From NCBI GenBank assembly GCA_031414955.1, contig JANOQV010000305.1, positions 15,885 to 79,884 on the forward strand: a DNA stretch of 64,000 bases, read 5' to 3'. Below, in pieces: positions 10,198 to 20,450 of this stretch (within the stretch, counting starts at the first letter, position 1; every line of letters starts with the position of its first letter). Position numbers and translations under genes: made by a program. The notes under the pieces were generated by a model. The model searched no databases. It saw nothing but the letters and a program-made list of their open reading frames with translations, and was not told the origin of the DNA. Source of the DNA: Pedosphaera sp. (lineage in GTDB: Bacteria; Verrucomicrobiota; Verrucomicrobiia; Limisphaerales; SIBH01).

Positions 10198-13100
10198 TCA
10201 GAAATAGAATTTGAAACTGGCGTAGAAAGTCCGCTCGCGCGGCAACTCGGAGTAGAGCGAGATCGGGTTCAACCTGTAATCCTGTCCTCCGATGTTCAGC
10301 ACGCCAACGCGCGCCTCAGCATGGCGACGCCAGAAGCGATAGCCGGCAAACAGATTGAACTGCCAGAAGTCGCCACCATCGAGGGCGGGGGTGTAACCAT
10401 AGTTGTTTTGCGCGGTCCAGATGGCCTGGCCTTCCCCGAAGAAGCCGCAACGATGGTTGTAAATGGCGTTGAGCGAGAGCTGCTGCAACAACGCCGACTC
10501 GTTCTGATTCACATTGGCCTCTCGATCCACCTCCGGCGAGACGACTGGGAAACGAGTGTCGAGATCGGCGTGGCTGAGACGATAGCGAACGCCGAAAGCC
10601 CATTCATCACTCAGAAGCTGATTCACGGAAACCGTCAGGCTGCGTTCCTCGTACTCGACCTTCTGCCGCGCGCTGCCCGGAGTGTTGGGCACGGGAATGA
10701 AGAAGCTGTTGGTGATAATGCCGACGGTCCGCGAAGCGTCGGAACGCAGCACCTCGGCGTCGATGTTCACGTAAGTATGAGTGGGAAACTGGTGATCGAT
10801 GCCCAGACAGAAGGTCTCGAAGCGCGTGCCTGGCACGAGTCCCACGCTCGATTCGGGCGCGAGGCTGCGGAAGGCCTGATTGAATCCGCCCACCTGCGTC
10901 GGCTCCAATCGGAAGCTGTTGTCGAAAAACACGCCGCCCAAAGATCTCGTGTAAGCCGCGCGCAGGTGCGTCTTCTCGGTCACCGACCAAAGCACGCCCG
11001 CCTTCGGTGAGACCTGATCCTTGCGGCTCTGAGTGCTGGTGATGGGGGCGGTGTCGATATTGTCGGGAAAGCGCAAGCGGTCGTAGCTCACCCCGGCAAT
11101 TAACTGGAGACTCTTCCAAGGCGACCACTGATCGTAGGCATAGATGCTCTCGCGGTCGAGGTAGGTCGTGTTCTCCAAGTGGGCATTGATGCGAGCGAAG
11201 CTGCTCACGGAATTCAACGTGTCCATCGACGCGTACTGGAAGCGGCCACCCACGACGAGCGTATGTGGTCCCACCGTGAGGATCTGTTGCAACTCCGCAG
11301 TGTAACCCTCGAGGGTCGAGCGATTCGTCACTGCATTGACCGCCGTCTCCACGCGGGTGACTTGCCCGTCGATTTGGCGGAAGAAAAGGATCTGCCGATT
11401 CGGTTCTTGGTACTGCAGATCGTCTTCCAATCGACCGGCTAAGAAAAGTGTGTGCGACCCCGGTCCCCACTCGTGGTGGTAGCCGAGAAACAGGTTCGGC
11501 TCCTGAACTTCCCGGAAGCGAAAAGTCGGACTGGCCCCCCGGACGTTGGGATCGGTCGCGCTGGCTCCCACCTTTTGCGAGTAATACTGCTGCACATCAC
11601 CGCCCTCGAATTCGTTGCGCTGCACTTCGAGGTAGAGAGTGTCGTGCGGCGTAATTTGCTGCCGGATTTTGGCGGTGTAATCCGTCTCCTCAAAGTCGTT
11701 GTTGAGGCGCTGCCCGGTGTCCCGACGGTAGCCGGCCTCCAGCGCCCAATCCGTTCCACCGACGCGGCCGTACTGCACGCCGTGCTGCACCCAGTCGCCG
11801 CCGCCGAAGTACTCTGTGCTGGAAGCGAGGCCGATGTAGTTCGCGTCGAACAGGCGGGTGTATTCCTGCTGCGAGACGGTGGAGGAAAGCCGCGTGCCGC
11901 CGACCGGTGCGAGCAGGTTGGCGATGAAATACTCGCTCACCGCCGCCGCCTCGTAGCGCAGATTGATCTGCTTCGGGTCGCGCAGAGCATCGTAGCTGTT
12001 GGCCAGAAACTGGTGCGCGGAAAAATTTCCGTAGTCGTAGCTGACGGCCCGGCTCGCTTCGCGCGTGCTCCAGTCCGTCATGCCGGCGTCCAGATAGATG
12101 TGGGCCAGGTTCGCACTGCGCACGGATTTGTCCTGATCGAGCAAGAGGCGCGAGCGATAGAGGCTGCGGTTCTCGTTCAACTCCTGGGACTTCTCCAAAT
12201 CGCGCACGGCTTCGTTCACCTTGTTCTGCTGCTCGGCCAGGATGGCGGAGTAGAGCCACGGCGTCGGGTCGTTCGCATCCAGCTTCTGAGCGAGGCGCAA
12301 CTCTTTGCCGGCGCGCTCGGCGTCGCGCGTCTGGCTCCAGGCTTTGCCAAGGTAGCTGCGTAGGACGGAGCGCTGCGGTTCCAGCGTCGCCGCCACTTGC
12401 AAATCCTGCCGCCCCTGCTCGCTATCGCCCCGGCGAATCCTCACGAGGCCACGGCCCAGCCAGCCGTTGGCCAGCGCGCCGTCGAGGGCGATGGCTTCAT
12501 CGAAGGACTGTTGCGCTGCGGAAAACTTGCTGCGACCAGCCAGGACGAATCCGCGCAAGGCGTGCGCCTGGGCATGGCGCGGTGAAAGAGTGAGCGCCTG
12601 GTCGAGCGCGTCTTGAGCCTGGCCCCCGTGGGCAAAGCTGAATTCCAACTCAGCGACGCGCGCCCAGGCGAAACCAAAGCCCGGCGCTTTGGCGGTCGCC
12701 TTGCGCGCGACCACGAGCGCCTCGCCGAGCTTGGACTGCGCTTGCAGGGCGTAGGATTCCGCCATCCATTCTCCGGCCAGCGCCAACGCGCCAGCGCGCA
12801 AAACAGGACGCCCTTTCACCGTCTCCATCATCTGCCGGAGCGCCTCGGCCTGTGGAGTGGAGACGGCTTGAATCATCAGCGCGGCTTGTCCGGCCTGACC
12901 CGCGGCCAGCAGGGTGGCGGCGCGGTAAATTTTCTCGGCGTCGCTCGCCGGCTGCCGGTTGTCGGGATATTTCGCCAGCGCCGCGAGCAAATCACCGGAA
13001 CGATACGCCGCCAGGGAATCCGTCAGCGCGCTTCGTTCCGCATCGCTCAGGCCAATCTCATCCACGTCGAGGACGGCGGGATAATAGATTACCCATTGGA

Positions 13101-13719
13101 TGATGCCGCTGGCGTCGAGCACTGCGGTTTTGCGCGGCGCCTGCCCGGCGTCCACGATGCCCTGCTCGCCGGAGACGAGGTTCACGGTGGCGACTTCGTT
13201 CTGCAAATCAACCAGACCATCGACGAGCGTGACCTCGGTGTGGCCGTTCTCCAGGACGAGCAGATGAAACTCGGTGCCACGAATCGCTCCCGAAGCCAGC
13301 GGCGTGCGGAACTCAACGGAGCCGGGCCGCTCGCGATTGAAGAAGTAACTCGCGCCGTTCTTAAGTTCGAAGCCGGCGTTCGCGCCCGCGGACTTTGGCG
13401 GGCGAACCTCCATCGTGGTCAGTTCATTCAGCCGTAACACACTGCGGTCGGAGAGTTGCAGGGTGGCGCGGCTGCGCAGACCGGTGCGGACGCGGTCGCT
13501 GTTTTGCAGGAGGAGGTTGGTCGTGGCCGGAGTCCAAGTGGCCAGACCGCTGCGCGCGACCTCGACCTTGCCTTCGACCGTAAGCAGTCGAGCGGGTGCC
13601 GATCCGTTCTGCGCCTGGGCGATGACGACAAACCAAACCAGCGCGAAGTGATAAAGAGTTTTCAAAGTGTGCCTGCTTCCAAAGGGAGTTGAGCCTCCGG
13701 GAATGCGCTTAGTTTGCAT
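10198..13719 (-). CDS. FecR-domain + TPR + outer-membrane beta-barrel (TonB-dependent-receptor-like) protein
   Basis: Signal-like N-terminus, FecR motifs (DRVRTG.RSRA, TPLASGAIRGTEF), TPR helices and a barrel ending FYASFKFYF. Start uncertain; ATG 13719 chosen. Confidence 0.85.
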   Translation of the reverse strand: MQTKRIPGGSTPFGSRHTLKTLYHFALVWFVVIAQAQNGSAPARLLTVEGKVEVARSGLATWTPATTNLLLQNSDRVRTGLRSRATLQLSDRSVLRLNELTTMEVRPPKSAGANAGFELKNGASYFFNRERPGSVEFRTPLASGAIRGTEFHLLVLENGHTEVTLVDGLVDLQNEVATVNLVSGEQGIVDAGQAPRKTAVLDASGIIQWVIYYPAVLDVDEIGLSDAERSALTDSLAAYRSGDLLAALAKYPDNRQPASDAEKIYRAATLLAAGQAGQAALMIQAVSTPQAEALRQMMETVKGRPVLRAGALALAGEWMAESYALQAQSKLGEALVVARKATAKAPGFGFAWARVAELEFSFAHGGQAQDALDQALTLSPRHAQAHALRGFVLAGRSKFSAAQQSFDEAIALDGALANGWLGRGLVRIRRGDSEQGRQDLQVAATLEPQRSVLRSYLGKAWSQTRDAERAGKELRLAQKLDANDPTPWLYSAILAEQQNKVNEAVRDLEKSQELNENRSLYRSRLLLDQDKSVRSANLAHIYLDAGMTDWSTREASRAVSYDYGNFSAHQFLANSYDALRDPKQINLRYEAAAVSEYFIANLLAPVGGTRLSSTVSQQEYTRLFDANYIGLASSTEYFGGGDWVQHGVQYGRVGGTDWALEAGYRRDTGQRLNNDFEETDYTAKIRQQITPHDTLYLEVQRNEFEGGDVQQYYSQKVGASATDPNVRGASPTFRFREVQEPNLFLGYHHEWGPGSHTLFLAGRLEDDLQYQEPNRQILFFRQIDGQVTRVETAVNAVTNRSTLEGYTAELQQILTVGPHTLVVGGRFQYASMDTLNSVSSFARINAHLENTTYLDRESIYAYDQWSPWKSLQLIAGVSYDRLRFPDNIDTAPITSTQSRKDQVSPKAGVLWSVTEKTHLRAAYTRSLGGVFFDNSFRLEPTQVGGFNQAFRSLAPESSVGLVPGTRFETFCLGIDHQFPTHTYVNIDAEVLRSDASRTVGIITNSFFIPVPNTPGSARQKVEYEERSLTVSVNQLLSDEWAFGVRYRLSHADLDTRFPVVSPEVDREANVNQNESALLQQLSLNAIYNHRCGFFGEGQAIWTAQNNYGYTPALDGGDFWQFNLFAGYRFWRRHAEARVGVLNIGGQDYRLNPISLYSELPRERTFYASFKFYF

Positions 13720-13749
13720 AAATTTTCGTCCATGACAATCCCGCATACC

Positions 13750-13765
13750 AGCAAGCCCGTGGCCA
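13750..13765 (-). promoter_or_regulatory. Putative sigma54 (-24/-12) promoter for the receptor-cyclase operon
   Basis: Minus strand reads TGGCCA-CGGGC-TTGCT (GG-N10-GC), about 30 nt upstream of ATG 13719. Confidence 0.5.
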
Positions 13766-13880
13766 TGAGAATTGTCCCGTGAGTCCCTGGCGTGCCCGTC
13801 TGTCCACGCCTTGGGCAGGAGTGTCCCGACCTGAGCCACGGTTTTCCCCGCGCGCCTGGTGTTCGTGCGACTGGATGATT

Positions 13881-13896
13881 TGGTGTCAGGTTTGCT
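13881..13896 (+). promoter_or_regulatory. Putative sigma54 (-24/-12) promoter for the Ig-repeat protein
   Basis: TGGTGT-CAGGT-TTGCT (GG-N10-GC), 20 nt upstream of TTG 13917. Confidence 0.45.
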
Positions 13897-13916
13897 TCAA
13901 GTGGGGACAATCAGGT

Positions 13917-16900
13917 TTGAAAAGTCTCGTTAAGCAATTCGTTCGCATCGTCACGCGTGTCTCCACGTTCGCGGCGATTCTGTTTCATCTGCCGCTGGTG
14001 GCGGCGCCGTTTATTTTTCGACAGCCCACTAATCAGATGGCGATGCCGGGCCAGAATGTCCTCTTCAATGTCGGCGTCACCGGCACTCCGCCGTTCTCGT
14101 TTCAATGGCGAAAGGATTTCACCAACTTGGTTTTCGCCACCAATGCGAATCTCTTCCTACCCAACGTGCAGATGGAAACCGCCGGGCGCTACGCCGTCCT
14201 GGTCACCGACACCACCGGATCGATCCTGAGTTCGCAGGCCATGCTCGTGGTGAGCGTGCCGATCAGCATCGTTCAGCAGCCCTTGCCGCAAACCGTCCTG
14301 CTCGGCGGCAGTGCCTCGTTTTTCGTCAATGCGACTGGCGGCCCCCCGTTCACTTACCAGTGGGTCTTCAACGGCACGCCCCTCACGGGAGCCACGAACC
14401 AAGTGCTCGATATCTCGCCCGTCACGGCGGGTGACATCGGGAATTACAGCGTGCGGGTTTGGAACAGTTTCGGGAACTTTGCCGACAGCGCCCCGGCCGG
14501 TTTGAGCATCGCCGGTGCGCCGCCCGTCTTTACCCTGCAACCTTTCGGTCAGAGCGTGCCAGCGGGAGCGCCCGTCGTGTGGACGGTCGCGGTGTCCGGC
14601 ACGACCCCGATGAGTTTTCAATGGCACTTCAATGGCACCCCGCTGGACGGCGAGACCAACGACGTGCTGCATCTGGTGGCCGCGCAACCGGTGAACGCTG
14701 GTGATTACGCGGTGCTCGCTTCCAACTTCTACGGCACAGCCGTCAGCGACGTGGCGCGCCTCGAGGTAATGCTTCCGCTCCTGGCGTTTGCGGACAATTT
14801 CGCGGACGCAGCGAACCTCCAGAGTATGATGACCGTCTCCGGCCAGGGGATGACCTTCGGCGCGACGCTGGAACCATTGGAGCCGAATCACGACGGTCGC
14901 CGTAACGACCACTCGGTCTGGCTGGCCTGGACCGCGCCGGCCAGCGGCATCGTCGAGCTCAACACCTTGGGCAGCGACTTCGACACCGTGCTGGCCGTTT
15001 ACGTGGGCAACACAGTCGATGCACTGCTGCCTGTGGAGAGCAATGACGACTCGGAGATAAACCACAGCAGTGCGCTCGCCTTCAACGCCCAGGCTGGTGT
15101 CACCTACCGCATCGCGGTGGCCGGTCACTTACACAGTCAGGGCCATGTCTTCTTCGATCTGCAACTAACCCCCACACTGGATCAATTACCCGTCTTCCTG
15201 AGCCATCCGCAGAGCCGCAGCGTGGCTCCGGGTGCCAATGCTTCCATGTCCTTCGTGCTCGATTCCATCCAACCGGTGGACATCCAGTGGATTTTCCGGG
15301 GTCTCGACGTGGCCAATGCCACCGCCTACTCGAATGACTTTAGCGGCATTGACGACAGCCAGGTTGGCCCCTACCGGGTGAAGATCACCACTCCCACCCG
15401 GGTGGTTTACTCCCGCTACGCTGATCTCCAGATCAATTCGCGCGGTCTGACCAATGTGCTGGCGCGGGACAAACTCGGTGATGCGATGGACTCCGGTCTG
15501 TATCTTCCTCAGACGGTGCCATTGAATCTACCCGTCGGCGATGGCAAGTCTGCGGCAAGCCCGGGCCCGCAAAAGTCTGGCGGCAGCGGTTCGCGCGGCT
15601 ACACCACCACGCAGATTTTCAGCACCGTCGGTTCGGGCGCCGATCCGGGCGAGCCGGTGCATTGCGGAGTCGGGGCGGGCAAGTCCGAATGGTACGCCTA
15701 CCAGGCCGAGGCCAACGGCACGCTGCGCATCGACACAGATGGCAGCAGTTACGACACGGTGCTGGCCGTTTACATCGGCCCGGGCGACAGCTACGCCACG
15801 CTGACCAACGTGGCTTGCGACAACAACAACGGCAGCAACGGACTCACGAGCAAGGTCATTTTCACCGCCACCAGTAATACGATTTACTGGATCGCCGTGG
15901 ATGGCGTCAGCACCTCCAGCCCCAAGAGCGGTACGGTCAAACTCCACATCATCCTCGGCAATCCCGTCACCATCGACACCGAGCCGCAAAGCGCGACCGC
16001 GCCGTCCGGCACCAACGTCTCCTTCACCGTCAGCGCCAACGGCATGACGAATTACACTTACCAGTGGAGGTTTGGCGGCACCAATCTGGCCGGGGCCACG
16101 AGCGCCACTTACACCCGCACGAACGTGCTTTCATCCCAAGGCGGGACGTACGACGTGGTGGTGAAAAACCCGATCAACTCCGCCACCAGTTCGGTCGCCA
16201 CGCTTACTGTCTATTCCGGCACGGTGTTCATCACCAACCAGCCGCAAAGCCAGATCCAAGCGGCGGGTACGAACATCACTTTTACCGTTGAGGCGTCTGG
16301 CTCGGGGCCGCTGGGCTATCAGTGGCGCCTCAACGGCACGAATCTTTCGGCCCAGACCAACAGCGCGCTGACGCTGAATAACATCCAACCCGCCGACGCC
16401 GGCACTTACGCGGTGATCGTGAGTGACACGAACGGATCGCTGGCCAGCTCGAACGCCACGCTCACCGTTCTGGTGGCTCCAGCCATCACTTTGCAACCGA
16501 GCAGCCGGACCACGGGCCCCGGCAGCCTGGTCACGCTGACCTCCGCCGCCTCGGGCTCGCCACCGCCCGGCTACCAGTGGCTCTTCAATGGTGCGGTGCT
16601 GGCCGGCGCGACGTCCGCCACGCTGAACCTCAACAATTTCCAAGGATCGAACGAGGGCGAGTATTCGATGATCGCGAGCAACTTGGCGGGCGCGGCCCAA
16701 ACGCTCGGCGTGGAAGTGCTGCTGAACTCGCCCGTCCGCTTCACGAACTTCGGCTGCTCCAACGGAACCTTCACCGCGCGCCTGATCGGCGTGGCGCACA
16801 CGAACTACATCCTCCAATGGTCTGGCAACCTGATCGATTGGAACAACCAGCTTACGAACAGCGCCAGTTCCGGCATCATTCCCTTCGCCGCCGTCATGAC

Positions 16901-16943
16901 GAACGATGGATTGAGATCGTGGCGCGCGGTTTCCGCGCCATGA
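13917..16943 (+). CDS. Secreted multi-Ig-domain protein with two pre-peptidase-C-terminal-like modules and a C-terminal tail
   Basis: Repeated QP......G....F.V...G..P..YQW..NG..L.G.T...L.......G.Y.V Ig motifs and two T.GS..DTVLAVY modules. Start uncertain; TTG 13917 precedes a signal-like segment. Confidence 0.85.
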   Translation: MKSLVKQFVRIVTRVSTFAAILFHLPLVAAPFIFRQPTNQMAMPGQNVLFNVGVTGTPPFSFQWRKDFTNLVFATNANLFLPNVQMETAGRYAVLVTDTTGSILSSQAMLVVSVPISIVQQPLPQTVLLGGSASFFVNATGGPPFTYQWVFNGTPLTGATNQVLDISPVTAGDIGNYSVRVWNSFGNFADSAPAGLSIAGAPPVFTLQPFGQSVPAGAPVVWTVAVSGTTPMSFQWHFNGTPLDGETNDVLHLVAAQPVNAGDYAVLASNFYGTAVSDVARLEVMLPLLAFADNFADAANLQSMMTVSGQGMTFGATLEPLEPNHDGRRNDHSVWLAWTAPASGIVELNTLGSDFDTVLAVYVGNTVDALLPVESNDDSEINHSSALAFNAQAGVTYRIAVAGHLHSQGHVFFDLQLTPTLDQLPVFLSHPQSRSVAPGANASMSFVLDSIQPVDIQWIFRGLDVANATAYSNDFSGIDDSQVGPYRVKITTPTRVVYSRYADLQINSRGLTNVLARDKLGDAMDSGLYLPQTVPLNLPVGDGKSAASPGPQKSGGSGSRGYTTTQIFSTVGSGADPGEPVHCGVGAGKSEWYAYQAEANGTLRIDTDGSSYDTVLAVYIGPGDSYATLTNVACDNNNGSNGLTSKVIFTATSNTIYWIAVDGVSTSSPKSGTVKLHIILGNPVTIDTEPQSATAPSGTNVSFTVSANGMTNYTYQWRFGGTNLAGATSATYTRTNVLSSQGGTYDVVVKNPINSATSSVATLTVYSGTVFITNQPQSQIQAAGTNITFTVEASGSGPLGYQWRLNGTNLSAQTNSALTLNNIQPADAGTYAVIVSDTNGSLASSNATLTVLVAPAITLQPSSRTTGPGSLVTLTSAASGSPPPGYQWLFNGAVLAGATSATLNLNNFQGSNEGEYSMIASNLAGAAQTLGVEVLLNSPVRFTNFGCSNGTFTARLIGVAHTNYILQWSGNLIDWNNQLTNSASSGIIPFAAVMTNDGLRSWRAVSAP

Positions 16944-16979
16944 GGTCGGCGGTCCCCAGACTCGGGCTGGGATGGCAGT

Positions 16980-19900
16980 TCACTTCAGGGTCGAGAGAAA
17001 CTCCACCAGGTTCCGCAGATCCCGCTTCGAGAGAATGTTTCCCAACTCCTCCGGCATCGAGGAGAGACCGCGGTCGCGCGCCTGGAGGTCGGCCTTCTTG
17101 ATGGTGATCGGCCCATCCTCCGGGGAATTGATCACGAGTTGCGTCGCGCTCTCCGACTTGATTATCCCGGCGTGGCTGTTCCCGTTTTTTAACGTGACCA
17201 GCACCGTTTCAAAACCTGGGGAGATATTTTTGTTCGGGAAAAGAATGGACTCCAGAATGGATTCGCGTGTCTGACGCTGGCCGAGTCCGGCCATTTCTGG
17301 GCCAACCTCGCCACCTTCCCCATTAATCTTGTGACAGCGGAAACAGGCGGCGTCCTGGCGCTCGATGAAGGTCTGCTTGCCGGCCTCGGCATTGCCACCG
17401 TGCAGTGATTCACGCCAGGGGCCGAGCGGGTCTTTGGCCGTACGCAACGATTCAAATTTCGCGAGCGCCGCCCTCGTGGCCGCCGCATGGGCGACGTTCT
17501 GGTTGTTCTGCGCCGCTTCCAACACGTCGAGCTGAAGCTCTTTCGGAACCTGGCCGGAGACGAGGCGGTCCAGCCAGGCTCCGAGCAGTTGGGTCGCGCC
17601 GGCATCGTTCAGCGTGGTCAGCGTGGCGAGGGCGCTTTGCCGATCCGCCAGCGCGCCTGTTTCCAGGACGGTGGCCAGTTGCGCGACGCGCTGGTTGCCT
17701 GACCCAGTCGCCACACTGGGGGCTCGAGTCAGGCCCAGAGCAAGGGCGGCTTTGGCCGAGACGCTTTTCAAAGCGGTGGAAGTGGAGGCATTGATTGAGG
17801 CGAGCATCGGCTCCAGCGCCTTCGCTGCCACCGAGCCATCGCGCGCAGGCAGCGGACGCCACGAACCGACAACGTGATCCCGTCCCGGCGGCTGGGCCCA
17901 AAGGGCGAGAAGTTCGAGCGCCTCGGTGCGAGCCGCTTCAGGCGCGGTCGCATCGGCGGCGACAGCCGCCACCGCCTTCGCGTTGGCTTCGCCGCCGAGG
18001 CGGAAGCTGGCGTTGAGCGCGCGGCGCAAAGTGAAAGTCCGGATGGAGGCGCTGGCGTTGCGATTTCCATCCGGCAGCAGTTTCGCCAGCGCCGGCAGCG
18101 CGGCGGGAATTGGCCCGTCATGGATGGCGCGCGCCGCTTCGAGCACGATGCTCGGATCGGGATCGGCCAGGAACTGCGCCACCTCGGGCCGTTGCATCCG
18201 GCGCCACGCCAGGCACACACCCATTCGCACCGACGGCGAAGCGTCCGTGGCTGCGGCCAGTAACGATTTCATGTCGCCGATGCGAGCCAGCGCGAACACA
18301 GCGGCGTGGCGGAGATATGGATCGGCGTCCGCGTTCTGACGCAAGACATCACGCAGCAGGATCACGGCGTTGGAGGAAAACTCGCGGCCCTTGGGTGTGA
18401 GGTTCAGATTCTTCCCCGCCGCCGCCATGCCCTGGAGGGCCAGCAACTGCACACGCGGATTTGGCTTGGTGATCAAATCTGGGAACCAGCCTGCTGAGGT
18501 CTCCGCCTCCCAATAAAGTTTTGCCGCGTGGCCGCGAACTTCGCTCTCTGGATCGCCGGTGCGCAACCAAAGTTTCTGACGCGCCGCCTCGCCGCGCTTC
18601 CGCAGTTTGGGCGTGGCGGAAGGTTGCCGCGCCGACTGGGCGAGCTGGGACAAGGCCCAGACGGCGTGCAACCGCGCCTTTGTCTCACCCTTCTCCGCCG
18701 AGTTGGTCAGCCGGTCGAACGCCGCGTCGCTCGTGGCGGCACGCGCGGCCAACTCCCACTGGGCCTCCAGCCGCACGCGCATGTCCTGATGCCCGAGCAC
18801 TCGGGCCAGTTCCAACTCCGTGCGCTTCTCAAAGCCCTCGGCCAGCAGCTTCCTTACTTCGATCACCGTGAGTGAATTTGCCTGCGTCGGATCGGACACG
18901 CGGTAGATGCGGCCCCGGTCCGTCTTGTCCCAACCCTTCACCCAGTCGCTGACATAAACACCGCCGTCTGGGCCAAACTCGATGTCCGTGCAGAGAAAGC
19001 CGTTGATGAATTCCGTCTCGTCGAAAGCCTCGAAGCTCGCGCCGCGAGGACGCAATGCGAACGAGCGAACCATGCTGTTTGGCCCGCCGCGAAAATCGCA
19101 CATGAAAAAATGCCGGTCATAGCGCGACGGCAATCCTGTGCCTGGATAATACGCCACGCCCGACGGCCCAGCGCCGATGTGCGCGACCGGCGGCAGGAAA
19201 TATGAAGACGTGTTGGACGGTGCCAGACCCCAGAGCATCTCGGAATTCCACGCGCCCATCTTCGGCAGCCACTGCCAACCCATGCGCCAGCCGTAGTCCG
19301 CACCTTCCACGATGTGTTCCCAGCGCGCCTTGTCGCCGCCATCGCCGTTGTTGTCGCCGGTGAAAAGATTGCCCGCATCATCAAAGGCCAGCTCCTGCGG
19401 GTTGCGCAACCCGATCGCGATGACTTCCAGCGCGCTCCCGTCAGGATTGCAGCGGAACACCGCGCCGCTATCCGCCAGCGCTTCCATGGTCAGCCCCGGC
19501 CAATGGTCGATGATCTTGCTCCACAGATTCGTGGAGGTGCCGCGATCGGCGATGGAGAAAAAAATCTTCCCGTCCGGCCCCATGATCATCCCGTGCAGAT
19601 CGTGGCCGCCGAAGGCAATGTGAACACCAAAACCGTGGAGGAGATTTTGGATTTTCGATTGACGAGGTGCGGGTTGAACGGAAGCGAGTCGGCGGATGGC
19701 AGCCCTGTCGTCATTCGTAATTCGGCATTCGTCATTCTCCAAAGGTCCGGGATGCAGGTGAACCACACCTCCCCCTTGCGCGCCAGCACGCCCGCCGCCA
19801 CGCCGCTGGTCAGGCCGTCGAAACCTTCCGCCAGGGTCGCCGCCGCGTCCGCCTGTCCGTCGCCGTTGGTGTCCACCAGCAGCCGGATGCGCTCAGACTC

Positions 19901-20365
19901 CACTTCGAGATCGTGCCAATCGATCACACCGTCCTTGTTGAAGTCGGAGAGGAGATTGCGTTTCGATTTAAGAAAGTCCCCCAGCTTGGGATTCGAGGGC
20001 GACAGGTTGGCTTTCAAAAAGTTCGCCCGATCCTCCACCGTGCGAAACGAGAAATCCGCATCCAGCCACTCGCTCAAGCCGCGAATGTCGAACACGGAAG
20101 TGCGGCGGCGATTCGACTCGACCACGTAGCAACGGCCCTTCTCGTCGAAGCCGAAGCTGACCACGTTGCGCACCATCGGCTCGGCGGCGAAGAGATTCAC
20201 CTTCAGCCCCGGCGCGACGCGGAACTTGCGCATGGCGGTGACGGGATCCTCCACGGGTCCGGCGGACGTGACTTCAGCCACGTCCGCTTCCGCCGCGCGG
20301 AGGACAGCCGATCCACTCACCACTAAAAGCGCGACCACCAGGAGTCGCGAAAAACCAAATCGCAT
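16980..20365 (-). pseudogene. PVC-type heme-binding CxxCH protein (membrane-bound dehydrogenase-like beta-propeller + HEAT repeats + cytochrome c), split by a frameshift at ~19644-19737
   Basis: The N-terminal half (ATG 20365, signal peptide, LFAAEPMV...WFTCIPDLWR) and the C-terminal half (LLHGFGVHIAFGGHDLHG...GLRNPQEL...CFRCH...SSMPE) lie in different overlapping frames. Could be phase-variable or an assembly artefact. Confidence 0.8.
19644..19737. repeat. Two degenerate heptamer arrays inside the gene
   Basis: attttgg-attttcg-attgacg (19644-19664) and gtcattc-gtaattc-ggcattc-gtcattc (19710-19737). Confidence 0.8.
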
Positions 20366-20450
20366 GGCGGCGACGATACAGACTGCCGTCAAGCTGGCAA
20401 AAGCGGATTACGAATAACGAGCCGATTAGCGCCCACCAAGATTTCTGCTC

